From the NCBI RefSeq assembly GCF_004010195.1, contig NC_057719.1:84246658-84310657 (forward strand): a DNA stretch of 64,000 bases, read 5' to 3'. This DNA comes from Chiloscyllium plagiosum. Taxonomy: Eukaryota. Shown one piece after another: positions 36,523 through 49,900 of this stretch. The position numbers and the translations under genes were made by a program. How positions within the stretch are numbered: the stretch's first letter is position 1; every line of letters begins with the position of its first letter. The notes below the pieces were generated by a model, which was given only the letters and a program-made list of their open reading frames with translations, ran no database searches and was not told where the DNA came from.

Positions 36523-37915
36523 AGCCAATTTGATTCACTTTGTGATATCAAGAAACAATTGAAAGGCACTGGATACTGAAATGTCCATAGGCCCTGACAA
36601 TATTCTGGCAATAGTACTGGAGACTTGTGCTACAGAACTTGCTGTGCCCCGAGACAAGCTGGTTCCATACTGGCATCAACCCTACAATGTGGAAAATTGA
36701 CCAGGTATGTCCTATACTAAAAACAATCCAACAATTAGAACCAACCAGTGTACTCTTGATCATCAGTAAAGTGATAGAGGGGGTTGTAAGCAGTATTTGT
36801 TTAGCAATAACCTCTCACTGAAGATTAGTTTGGGTTCCAACAGGACCACTCAGCTCCTGCCCTTCTTACAGCTTTGGTTCAACCATTGACATCAAGATCA
36901 CATTTGCTCAAGTGTAGCATCAAAAAGCCCTAGCAAAATTATCATCAATGGGAATTGGTTAAAAACACTTTGTAAGTTACAGTCAAAATTAGCACAAAGG
37001 AAGATGGTTATGTTTGTTGGAGGTCAATTATCTCAGCTCCAGGACATCTTTGCAGGAGTTCATCAGGGTCCTGTCCTATGCCCAACCATCTTGAGTTGCT
37101 TCATCAATGATTCTTCTTTAATCATAAGGTCAGAAGTGGGGATGTTTGCAGATGATAGCACAGTATTCAGTACCATTCACGTCTTCTCTGATGCTGAAGA
37201 GTCCGTAGCCAAATGCAGCAAGACCTGGAAAATATCTAGGCTTGGGATGACAAGTGACAAGTAACATTCATGCTTTACAAGTACTAGGCAATGACCATAC
37301 CCAAAAAGAGGAAATCAATGGCATTGAATCCCCTACTATTAACATCCCGAGGGTAACCATCTACCAGATTCTCGACTGGTCTCATCATATAAATACTGTA
37401 TCTATAAGAGCAGGTCAGATACTGGGAATCAAATAACAATTAACATACTTCCTGTCTCCTCAAAACCTGTCCACCATATACAGGACAAGCTAGGCGTGTA
37501 TTCGAAAAGTCCTTATTTGCCAGGCACAGTGCAACTGCAACAGCACACAAGAAGCTTAATATCATCCAGTAGAAACTGCTTGATTGGCATCACATCTTTA
37601 AGCATTCACACCCTTCACTGCTGACTGACAGTAATATGAGCATGTGTTATCTGAAAGATTCACAGCACCTTCCAAACATTACCATCAAAGACAAAGATGA
37701 CAGATATATGGGAACAGAAACATCTGCAAGTTCCCTTCTAAGCCACTTACATCCTGATTTGGAAACACACCTCTTGTCACGAGATCAAAATCCTGGAATT
37801 CCACCCCTAACATCACTGTTGGTTGTACCTACGCCAAATAGACTGCAACAATTCAAGACGACAACTCACCATTGCCTTCTCAAGGGTAACAAGGGTCAAA
37901 CAATATTCTTCATGC
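36523..37915 (+). mobile_element. CR1-group LINE 3' part (same family as 1722-3570)
   Basis: TGINPTMWKIDQVCP; GVHQGPVLCPTILSCFIND...GMFADDSTVF; tail CCATTGCCTTCTCAAGGG. Confidence 0.82.
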
Positions 37916-40900
37916 CAAAGTGTATTAGCTCACATCATGTGGGAAAATATGAAATTATGGCAGGAAGAGTAGAGGAGGTGAATATTAATTAAGTGGAGAA
38001 AAACTGCAGAAAGCTATAGAACAGAGGATATCTGGTCAGCATGGATGGGTTGGACCGACGGGTCTCTTTCCGTGCTGTACATCTCTATGACTCTAAATAA
38101 TAACTAATCACTGGGATTCAGGTTCAAGTTCTTTCATTTATAGGAAAAGCACTTTGACTAATCAAGCTATAACAACAGACTTTAATGTACTTGGGCACTA
38201 CACAGAGACCTGTTACTTGTTTCCAACATTTATTTCTGATATGCAGCATTTTTGAAATTATCATTGGATTTCTAGTTTTGTCAGTATATATCAGTAGGAC
38301 TTTTGCAAATCAAGTCGCACCAATGAACAGCTGATGTAACACCTTTTTGACATGTGCACTGTCAGGCTGAAGGAACTCATTAATAGTCAGTAATATTGCA
38401 AAGTAGGAGCTATGTATGTTTAAGTTTGTCTCTCACACTGCGAATGGACTTCTACTTTAAGGTAATTGCGATCCTCCATGCACTGGGTATTTACCTGAAA
38501 TAGTTAAAATAGGAATACTGTTTGCTGTTACAAAGAATTAATTAACATTATAGTCTTTCATCTGTCCATTTCTGCTCACATTGAAAGAATTTTGTTAAAT
38601 TGGAGACTGTCTATCATAGATCGAGAGTTCATAACACACTGTTTCTTCATAGTAGTCTCTTTAAACCAGTGCTCTTATAATTTCAGACTCAACATTCATT
38701 TGAAACAAAATTCCTCCCTCCACCAAAGAAGTTCTCTTCACATCTTTCTTCTTTCCTAAGACACTACCACAGCTTTGAACCACTCAACTCTTCCCCCTCA
38801 TTCCCCAAGCAATGGTTCAAATTGAGTCTGAATTTTCCACCAGTAGACCTCACAGCACCCTGATGTGCATTTACCAGCAGGAGATCAGTGGGTAACAACT
38901 TTTCCCTATTTAGTCCACATGGCACTGAGGCCACAATCGGTGCCATTGACTGGGCATTTCTCAGGTTGTTTAAATAAATGTTGACCAAAAAGCAGCGAAG
39001 GTGAGGACAATCCTTTCAGTCCATTTGATTTTGTAACAATTATAAAAGTTGTTGATTACACAGATTAAAATGTAACATTCCATTTTCAAAGGATTGAGCA
39101 TAGTCTGCTTGTTAAAAGTACATGCCATATCAAATTGAGCAGGTCACAGCTTGGATCCCAGTTCATTCCAGTTTGTTTCAGTCCTGCTCTTCTGGGCACT
39201 GACAAAACAACATATGTTGCAGATCTCAACCCTGAGAATGCACATGTTCTGATGGTGATGGGGACTTCGGTCTGAATATTACTTTGGACAAATCATCTGT
39301 TACAATGGCCATTTAGCTAAAGTGCTGCTGACGAGCAACTACTCTGGAAAAGCAACCCAATTAAAATCAGTGTCTCTTCAGGAGATTGGGGAGGAGGGAA
39401 TCTAACTTCAGAACCCTTCCTACATTCCCACCAGAGATGGTGATGCCGGGTGTTAAGATGCACATGGGCACACAACTGCATGGCATATAATTGACATGAC
39501 AGACTGTCCTGAATAAATATCAGGTAGTAATGCTAGAGAGAGGCAATTGTTCATTATTTATTGCTGCTGAGTTGCTGCACTGCTAAGTTTCCATAAAGTG
39601 AATGTGCCCGTGCTGCTACCTTTGGAATCTCAACCAAAATTTTGACAAAGACTTTGTGGTTTGATCAGAATGAGATGAGCAAAGTGATGAAATTGCAACA
39701 GTATCAACAATTTAACATGGCACATTTTGTAGTAAAGAACTGTCAACATCCATTTAAAAGGTCTCATTAGCTACTGTACCACCTGACTGTTGAGAAAGAA
39801 GGTTGAGTGAAACTTAGTGTGTTTAAAACGAAAGTCTGATGAATCATGGGGCACAGACCATTCAGCTCATCATGTTCATGCCAATTCTCTGCAACAACAA
39901 CTCACCTAGACCCTAGCATGGATTTCCTGGTTGCCTTGCAACTTGTTTCTCTGTAGATGGCTGTCCAATTCCCATTTTAAAATCACAATTGAATCTGCCT
40001 CCATCAAACTACTTATTGGGTGAAAACATTTTTTTGTCATATAATGGTCAAATAATTGACATGTCTTGAAAAAATATCAGGTAGTAATGCTAGCAAGGGG
40101 CAACTGTTCATTATTTCTTGCTGCAGAGTTGGTGCACTGCTAAGTTTCCACAAAACGAACATGCCCATGTAACAGGTGCATGAGTCAGGGGAAATGTAAA
40201 GTAATTGGGTAATGGAATGGTTGGGATACTCTTTGTATGGTTGGTGTGGACTTGTTGGGCCATCTGGCCTGTTTCCACACAGTAGGGATTCTATAATCTT
40301 TGCTTTTTTAACCCAAAGAAGTCTGTTAACACACTGGCTCGAATATTAACAGATGAATGCTCAAGGCTTTGAGTTCCCAATTCCTTGTTCGCAATTTTGA
40401 AGTAGTTCTAAATGCAAGTTTAAATGGTTATCTTTCCCCTCTCAGACGGAACAATAAAAATGCAATAAGCAAACATAAAACATAAACAACAACTTGCAGA
40501 TCTCTCAGAAACAATCCTTTCAACTCATGTAACTCAGCATTTGGTAGTTTTTCCTTCTGCAGCCTTCAACTGGGACATTTTCACAATATATGCCCAATGA
40601 ATACGGATAATTAATCCTTGGATGGCATGCAGAGTAAAGTTTGTGCAAAATTGTTTCAGCTCTGAATTATCCTAGCAGAGGGAAACATTTGGTTGTAAAT
40701 TCTTCGATCTCGATTACTTGTGGGCTTGCTACTATGGTACTTAGAAATAGTTAACTGTCCATTTAAAATGTTATAGAGGCATGTCAAGCTGTGGATGTTT
40801 CTTCAGTTCTGGAGAATGTGCCAGCTCAGTGACATGATCAGCTGAGTCGACTCTGGCATTCTGTGATAACGGTTCGAAAACAAAGCCAGCTGCAGAGCAC

Positions 40901-41007
40901 TGAATCTTTTCAATGAGAGTACTTTAGCAACCTATGGGTCCCAAGAAGGTAGGGCGCACTCTGATTAACATTCCAGATAAGTTTCTTCGGTGGACTTGGA
41001 GAATAGG

Positions 41008-41140
41008 AGAGGTGATGGCTTAGTGGTATTATTGCTAGACTATTAATCTACTGACCCTGTGGACCTGGGTTCAAATCCTGCCTTTGCAAATGGTGGAATT
41101 GAATTCATTAAATACCTGGAATTGGGAATCTAATAATGAC
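41008..41140 (+). mobile_element. SINE head fragment (48462 family)
   Basis: TGGCTTAGTGG A box, GGTTCAAATCC B box, then GGTGGAATTGAATTCA as in 48462-48610. Confidence 0.75.
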
Positions 41141-41595
41141 TAATGGAAGTTCCCCTTTTCAAGAAGTTGGATTGGCTTGTGTGGGGGTAACACAACACAG
41201 TGGGCATCGGGCACAAATAGAATCGACAACTGAAAGGAAAGAAAATGCAAAGCAGACTAAGTAGGTGTACATATATATGACTAAAGTCACTGTCTTTTTT
41301 TTGGTAATTGAGCCGTTACCATGAGTGAGCGGGAAACAACGGTCTGAGCTCGTGCCGCAGGGTTCAAATGGCCTGAGTGACAGCTGTCCCGGCCAATCAA
41401 CATCCAGCACTGGCCGCCTGACGTCACCGCGGGGGCGGGGAATTGCTGCAAGCGGCACTGTCTGCCCGTTAGGTCTGCCTTTCGTCAATTCTCTGTGGAC
41501 GCCGAAATGTAGCTCCTTCACCCATTCTCGCCACGCCATCATTTCTGTCCTCATCTCCCGCCCCGCCACAGATCGGTTCGGAGGAGAGGGGAGGG

Positions 41596-42123
<528 letters not shown>

Positions 42124-42649
42124 TCAGTGGAGGCAGAGAGATAGAGAAAGCTGCAAAGATGTAACAGTTACATGAAACAGGCTGACGACGGTAAAGCATT
42201 AAGCACTCTTTGGAAATGCAGTATTTTAAAACAGATACCGACCTGCAGAACTCTTGCCCCCTCATTAGTCAGTACTCAGCAGTCTCAAACAAATGGTTCT
42301 GCATCGGGCGAGAGCGATAATGGGGAAGTGGCAGAAGCATAATGCGGGAAGTACCACTGCTCAGATCTGAATGGGGAACAGCATCAGACATCAATGGAGC
42401 ATCCCTGCAAGTCAGTGCTCTTAAAAGACAGCTGAGAACGGAGGGCTCAAATAAGTTCACAAAGCAACACATATTATGACATGAATTCGTTTAAACTTCT
42501 GTGATGCCAGGGCAGATATTGGCCAAGCATGCTGCAGTCTCCTAACATTGAGGCACTGGAGCTAAATTCAATCTACAGCATAAGGGCTGGATGGAAACCA
42601 GACAAGTAAATAGACGTGGTTAGAGATTTTTTAAAAACTGCCACAATCC

Positions 42650-42805
42650 AAATTAGAAAAACAGGAGGCTGGAGAAATAAGCAAGCCTGGCAACATCAGG
42701 AGATGGAGAAGTGCTGATGAAGAGTCTCGACCCGAAACGTTGACTTCTCCACCTCCAATTGCTTCCTGGCTTGGTGTGTTCTTCCAGCCTCCTGTTTGTC
42801 TACTT
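42650..42805. mobile_element. Palindromic Penelope-type terminal-repeat insert (different subfamily)
   Basis: ACAGGAGGCTGGAGAA...GGAGAAGT / ACTTCTCC...TTCTTCCAGCCTCCTGT inverted arms around CTGATGAAGAGTCTCGACCCGAAACGTT. Confidence 0.75.
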
Positions 42806-43066
42806 TAAATAAATAGACACATCCTGGAAAAGTGTGTAGAATCATTTAATATGCAAACATGTACATACGTGTATGTGTACTGACAGAATTTACACACAAT
42901 TCTGTCTTATGACGAAGCCAAGACTTTGGAATAAATAAACAAGGCAATGCCAAACCCTCGTCATCATCTTCTCATATATGAGAAAAGTGTCACTCGCAGC
43001 AAAATGTCATGGTTGCCACTGTGTAGCCAACTATCAGCAAAGGGAGCTCTTGCCTCATGAACCATG

Positions 43067-44212
43067 TAGAATCGCAGAACAGTGCAGCATAGAAACAGAC
43101 ACTTGGTCCAACTTGTCCATGCCAACCAGATATCCTAAATTAATCTAGTCCCATTTGCCAGCATTTGGTCCATATCCTTCTAAACCCTCCCTATTCATGT
43201 ACCCATCTAGATGTCTTTTAAATGTTATAATTGTGCAAGCCTCCACACTTCCTCTGGTAGCTCATTCCATTCACGCACCACCCTCTGCATGAAAAAGTTG
43301 CCCCTTAGGTTCCTTTTAAATCTTTTCCCCTTTCACATTAAACCTCTGCCCTCTAGTTTTGGACTCTGCTACCCTGGGAATAAACCTTAGCTGTTCACCC
43401 TATCTATGTCCCTCACTTTTATAAGGTCACCCCTCAGCCTCTGACGCTGCAGGGAAAAAAGCCCCAGCCAATTTAGCCTCTACCTGTAGCTCAAACCCAC
43501 CAACCATGGCAACATTGTTGTAAATCTTTTCTGAACCCTTTAAGGTTTCATAACATCCTATACAAGGGAGCCCAGAATTGAACGCAATATTCCAAAAGTG
43601 GCCTAAACAAATGTACAGCTGCAACATGATCCCCCAACTCCTATTATCAATGCACTACGCATAAAGGTTAGCATACCAAATGCCTTCTTCACTGTCCTGT
43701 TATGGTGGCTCAGTGGTTAGTACTGCTGCCTCACAGTGCCAGGGACTAGGGATCAATTCTAGCCTCAGGCGACTGTGGAATTTGCACATTCTCCCCATGT
43801 CTGCGTGGGTTTCCTTTGGTTGCTCTGGTTTCCTCCCACAATCCAAAGATGTACAGATTAGGTGAATTGGCCATGCTAAGTTGCCCATAGTGTTCGGGGA
43901 TATATAGGTTAGATGCATTAGTCAGGGGTAAATGTAAAATAATAGGGTGGGGGAATGGGTCGGTGTGGACTTGTTGAGCCAAATGGCCTGTTTGCACAAT
44001 GTAGGAATTGTATGATACCTGCAACTCCATTTCAAGGAACTATGAACCTGCACTCCAAGGTCACGTTGTTCAGCATCATTCCCCAGGACCTTACTGTTAA
44101 GTGTATAAGTCTAACCCTGATTTGCCTTTCCAAAATGTAGCACTTCATATTTATCTAAATTAAAATCCATCTGCCACTCCACGTCCCATTGGCACAACTG
44201 ATCAAGATCCCT
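43067..44212 (-). mobile_element. CR1 3' fragment interrupted by an HE1 SINE
   Basis: Colinear with 33612-34434. Confidence 0.88.
43703..44016 (+). mobile_element. HE1-type V-SINE
   Basis: GGTGGCTCAGTGGTTAGTACTGCTGCCTCACAG head, TTTGCACATTCTCCCC V-domain, CR1-like tail. Confidence 0.88.
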
Positions 44213-44264
44213 ATGATTTCCATTCCTTTCCAACTGCTGCACATTGAACCCTATGTAGTCCTTA

Positions 44265-44620
44265 CCAGTCCTAATTCACACAGAGTCCCATTCACCATCA
44301 CCCCTGTTGTTTGCTGACCTACAATGACTCTTTTCCAACAATGCCATAGTTTCAACAATCATCATTCTTGTTTTCAAATCTCTCAATTAACTCATCCTTA
44401 TTTCTGTAACTTTAACTCCACAACCCTCAAATTCTTCCTATCCTGTTGCTTTGCGCATCGTCATATTTCATTGCTCTATCACTGAAGTATATATCTTCAG
44501 CCGCCAAGGTTCTAAGCTCTGAAACAACCTCTTTAAATCTGTCCACCTCTATCCTTTAAGACCCTCCTTAAAACATTCTTCTTTGACCAAAGCTTTTGTC
44601 ACCTGGTCTGACATCCAAAT
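44265..44620 (+). mobile_element. L2-type LINE 3' fragment
   Basis: CATCACCCCTG...GACCTACA and TTTAAGACCCTCCTTAAAAC...CTTTGACCAAGCTTTT resemble the L2 ORF2 end (ITP...L.WL; FK.LLKT.LFDQAF). Confidence 0.55.
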
Positions 44621-45689
44621 TGATTATCAAATTTTCTTTGGTATACCCCTGATAAATTATAATTGAAGTTGTTATATAAATAGGTAGAAAAGCATTTATA
44701 TATTCAACCATATATATATGGTTGCTTATTTATGCTCCATTCTCCCCCTGAGGAGTAAGTCCTACATCAGAGCTGTCCATATGGCATAGTTTTCCAGGCT
44801 TCCTATTCAACTGAACAATCAATAGCACCTTGATTCACGGTCTGGTGACTTTGTATTCAAAACAGCAAGAGTTTGTATTTGTCTACTTTTCTGCTGAACA
44901 GAAACTGCCCCTTTTCTCAGGGAAGTGTGTTTGCTTCTGAACACCAAAGGTTCAATGCTTGTTTTTCACAAAATGCTGAAACTGGATGCTTCCAATTAGC
45001 TTCTATTTGGATTATCTAACTTCCATTTTCAAGGCAATGCCAAGTTATCAGGTCACTTTTCAGCGAATTGTAGTGGTGGAGCAAAGTTTGTGCATATACT
45101 GGGGTCAGTCTTCTCTCTGTATATTTGTATACAATGAATACATATTAAAAATCAAGCTCTAACTTTAAAATTAAGTCATTGGCGGAAGGTAAACTAATGT
45201 TAATTGTTTTGCAAAAGCTTAAAGATAGTGTGTATGAGGCCAGTTTATTTATTCTTTGGATCTGAGGTGAGGCGTCATGTATGTGTAACTCACCAGCATA
45301 AGGGAGGGGCGTTAAGACAGCCTGGTAGAGGCAAGGTGGAGTGAGGAGGATATTGTCATGGTGGTTGGGTCAATACAGCATGGAGGATGGAGAGAAGTTC
45401 AAAGATAATGACAGGTGCAAGCTAAGACAGGGAAGATTGACGATGAGAGTTAGAGCATTTAGGGTTACTGACACTGGATCAAGTATGCTAGAGGTTGAGT
45501 CTGATGAAGAGAGATGGGTGTTGCCCATGGGAGACTTGTGTATTCCCATTAGTTAGCTGCAGCTGCTCAAAGGATTCAGGCCATGTGTCTTAACACAGTT
45601 CTCTCTGTGGATTAACAATGGGCTTTAGCGAAGGCTTTCCTGGAAGACAGTAACTGGCTTATATGTCTTCTTTCATCAAGACCTGCAGG

Positions 45690-46430
45690 TTTGCAGAATT
45701 GGGAACCTAATGCAAGTTTCTCTCAATATGACTGTTAAGTTGATTGGCAATGGCACATTGCAGGGGTTGGCAGGGAACATAGCTCAGGTTGCAATAGATG
45801 AATGCATTAAGGAGGTGACCAGTGCCATTTTTGGAAAAGCCAGAAATTTCATTCAGTTCCAACTGATGCTGAAAGATAGACCACTTGGTCAGTGGGCTTC
45901 AGAGCAATTTCTTCAAGTTTGGATGTGATTGCCATTGGAACTCCTTGGGGACCGATAGCTGCATTTGTGAATCATGAGAAGCTTTTCTCCCTTAATATAC
46001 AAAGTCTATGACCACAGGAAAACATATGGAGATCTGTGTTTGTTTCCCAAAGACCTCATGTGATTCCTACATCTTACACAACTTTAGTTCCAGAGCACAT
46101 GCAGGCCCTCTGCCCAACAGCAAGGATGGGTAATGGGTAACAAGAGCTATCTCCTCAGGTAATGGATCATGACACCAATGCATTATCCGACAGAGGAGTA
46201 CAATAATATAGCACACTCCTCTTCCAAGGCAGCATAGAACAGAGCATTGGCTTGCTGAAAAATGAACTTTTGCATGCTTGACTCATCTGACAGACTGACA
46301 GAGCACTGAAACATGTACCATAGAGGCTGTCATGAAAAATAGTCAGCTGTGCATTGCACAAAATAGCACTACAACAAGGAGAGGACTTTATATGTGGAGG
46401 AGGTGGTCTCAGATGAGGATGAGTTGTGAG
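45690..46430 (+). mobile_element. PIF/Harbinger transposase fossil
   Basis: GNGTLQG...IAQVAIDECIKEVTSAIF; FSLNIQ; QGWVMGNKSYLLR*WIMTP; IEQSIGLLK; CALHKIAL. These are the HARBI1-type DDE motifs in order, with stops and frameshifts. Confidence 0.78.
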
Positions 46431-46451
46431 ATATCAGTGCACCGTAGAGCT

Positions 46452-47352
46452 GTCAGAGTCATAGGCTGATACAGCATGGAAACACATCCTTCGGTTCAAC
46501 CAGTTAATGCTGAAGATAATCCCAAACCAAACTAGTCCCACCTGCCTGCTCCTGGCCCATATCCCTCCACATCCTTCCTACTCATTTACTTATCCAAATG
46601 TCTTTTAAAAGTTGTAATCGTATACACATCCCCCGCCTCCTCAGGAAGTTCATTCCACATGCGAACTATCCTCTGTGTAAAAAATTTGCCCCCATGTCTT
46701 TTTTAAATCTCTCTCACTTTAAAAATGTGCCCCATAGACTTGAAATTCCCCATCCTAGGGAAAAAAAACTACCATTAACTCTATCTATACCCCTCGATAT
46801 TTTATAAAGTTCTATAAGGTTGCGTCTCAACCTGCTACTCTCCAGTGAAATATGTCCTAGCCTATCTTAAGACTCAAACCTTCCACACCCAGCAATATCC
46901 TGATAAATCTTTCTGAATCTTTTCAGCTTAATAATATCCTTCCTATAACTGGGCCACCAGAACTAATCACAGTACTCCAGAAGAGGCCTCACCAATGTCC
47001 GGTACAATCTCAACACGATTCCCAACTCCTACACTCAAAGGCCTGAGCAATGAAGACAAGTATGTTAAATGTCTTTTTAACCACGCAAACTTCAAAAAAT
47101 TAACAACCTGAACCCCTAGGTCCCTCTGTTCTATAAAACTCCCAAGGTCCTTCCATTAATTGTGTAAGTTCTACACTTGCAATACCTCACATTTATCCAG
47201 ATTGAACTCCATCTGACATTTTTCAACCCATTGACCCATTTGAGCAAGATTCCTTTGTAATCTTAGAAAACCTTCTTCACTGTCTACTATGCCACCAATT
47301 TTTGTGTCATCTGCAAACTTACTAACGATGCCTTCTATATTTTCACACATCT
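46452..47352 (-). mobile_element. CR1 3' fragment
   Basis: SKFADDTKIGGIVDSEEG...QMEFNLDKCEV; CTATGACT tail. Confidence 0.88.
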
Positions 47353-47659
47353 GCAAAATTCTGCTTGCTTTGAATGTGTGCCCATCACTGTGAGCTTGGA
47401 TCTGGAACTACCTCAATATCCACATCCTCTTTGTTTAACTGCCAGATATTGATACACTGAATTAGGCAGCAAACAACAATGAATCCAATTGCAATACTAG
47501 ACCAACAGCAATGAAATTGAGCAGATCACTGAATAATTGAATGGTTATGGCACACAAGGTGACCATTTGTTTAATATTCACAAGTTGAATTAGGCAGCAA
47601 AAGACTTTCAGAGATTTGCAAGGATTTTATTAGAAATTTACAGTGGAACACAAATGCCA

Positions 47660-49900
47660 GTTTTCACTTTTCCCTTTCAAACCGTTTCCCTGTACAGAAG
47701 CAAACATCAACTCTGGAGAAGAACCCAACTTTTTCTTTAAATAAACCAATCAGCCAAATTACAAACAAAACATCCATCATGGGCATTATAATAGAAAGAA
47801 CAATCAGGGGTGGAAGGAACAAAATCAAAATATCATAGGAGGGAGAAATAATGCATCCCAGTCCCTGCATTTCTCAGCTTACCCAAAAATCTTCAAGGAT
47901 ACTAGTGGATACTGTGTGCTTCTTCAAGGACATGCGGATGTAACCACACAAAAGTGCAGCAGGCAGTTGGGAATCATGACCGCATCCACCATTCCAAGAA
48001 CTTAGTGCTGTTCAGTCAACAAAACACCCGATCAATCAAATTACAATCGCTGCTCACCTGGGGCAATTTGACAATAATAAAAATCAAAAAGGTGGAGGTA
48101 ACAAGGAAGGCAAACTAAATCATATAGTCTTGAAGGGGAAGATAATGTACACCTGCCCCTGACATGCCCACCTCAGTATTCAGCTTTTTTTAATTGTAAA
48201 AACCCACAACCAAATGATCAAATCACCCAATAATCAAATTACAAGAATCAAACTTTTTAAAATTTTAAAACCCATTAGCAGGTTACTCAAAGTATAAGCC
48301 GATCAGGGCAGTGTAACAATAATAGAACACAAGAAGTGGAGGAGAAAGAAGAAAATGGAGTCAGTGAAGAAATAATGTGGTGACAACCTCTGAAAGCTTC
48401 GCAAGGACTGCTGGATTCTGTGACTTCAAGGTCACCAAGCTCAAACATTAAAACAGAAGAGAGGAAGACAATGGTCTAGTGGTACTATTGCTGGACTGTT
48501 AATCCAGAGACCCAGAGTAATGTTCTGGGGACCTGGGTTTGAATCCTGCCATAGCAGATGGTAGAATTTGAATTTAATAAATATCTGGAATTAAGAGTCT
48601 AATGATGACCATGAATCCATTGCTGATTATTGGGGAAAAACCCATCTGGCTCACTAATGCCCTTTAAAGAAAGTAACTGCCGTTCTTTCCTGCTCTGGCC
48701 TAAATGTGACTCCAGACCCACAGCAATGTGGGTGACTCTTAACTGCCCTCTGGGCAATAAATGCTTACCTAGCCAGTGATGCCCTCATCCCATAAATGAA
48801 TTTTACAAGTTGGGAATGACAACCTTTTCTATGGCCTGTTGTCTATTGATAGTTTCTTTATCCAGACCCATGAGAAGGTCCTCCCAACCTCCTCACTCCC
48901 TTCTAACTGGGTGCATAAAGATCAGGAGCATGAGACTGAAGTGCAACCAAAAGAACAGGTTTTTCAAATAACTAAAAAGGGGATGAGACTGCCCATAACT
49001 AATATATCTTTGGTCCATGAACTCCACGCACTGCAAAATAAATAGTTGGGCTAGCACTCTGTGAATCTCTTTAATCGAGAATTGCATGGGATTTCTGTGT
49101 GTAACACCCTCCACTCTGGGTCCCTGATGGAAAAACAGCCCTCCACTGGGGTCTCCAGCTATGGACAGTAGAATGAAACATCAAGGTGGAAAAAGGACAG
49201 CAGTGAATAGTGTGCAGCAACCCTTACAAGAAATCCTTCTGCCATGCAGAAGGGCAAATAACCCAGCTCTTCTTAAAAATTTAATTAACCCACCAATTTT
49301 TAAAAATCCAGTCACCAAATGTCAAAATGGAGTCAGTGGGGAAATAATACAGTCCAGTCCCATTAGTATCCATATCTCTCTCTCTCTAAAAGCCGATGGA
49401 CACCATGTACTCCTTCTCCAGGCACACATGTAACATTAGAAAAACAGGCATTGAGTTTAGAGTGATCACTCTTTCCATAGCCCTATTGGAACCTTAGCCA
49501 AGCCAATGAGGGGATCCTCTGACTTGGCTACCTCCTCCACACAAAGGAAGAAACCAGTTTTTCTTATTATTATTTTGAAAGATCTACCACTAAATAATCC
49601 AATTAAGTCATTAAACAAATAGCAAGTTACAAGCACTGCCCAACAAGGGGCATGCACTCCAGCAGTCCAGCAATGGCAGTGCTCACCTCTAAAATCTTCG
49701 AGTGTTGGTGCTCCCTCTCCAAGGAGATGTGAGCACAAATGTAGCTGGAGAAGAGAAGTGTGGAATTGGAACCGCTTCTATGGCCTGCTGCCTGTATCTG
49801 ATGATGGCTACCTCAGGAGCAGACCCACAAGGACTCCTTTAAACTGTCTATCCCCTTCTGCAGGTTTTGCTTTGTAGACCCACTACCAAATCCCAGTTCA
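47660..49900 (-). mobile_element. Rearranged Tx1-clade ORF2 C-terminus / 3' UTR remnants
   Basis: HPLFSYLKNLFFWLHFSLMLLIFMHPVRR (48893-49000) and QGLGCIISPSYDILI (47820-47870), homologous to the ORF2 tail at 28520-28620. A second tail-like copy lies at ~49640-49850. Confidence 0.6.
48462..48802 (+). mobile_element. Complete tRNA-derived SINE
   Basis: A box TGGTCTAGTGG, B box GGTTTGAATCC, body, and tail GGGCAATAAATGC...GCCAGTGATGCCCTCATCCCATAAATGAAT. Confidence 0.85.

Noticed and set aside
38750..39370. Ancient SINE or conserved non-coding elements (also ~56340-56500)
   Set aside because: Resemblance too faint to support without alignment.
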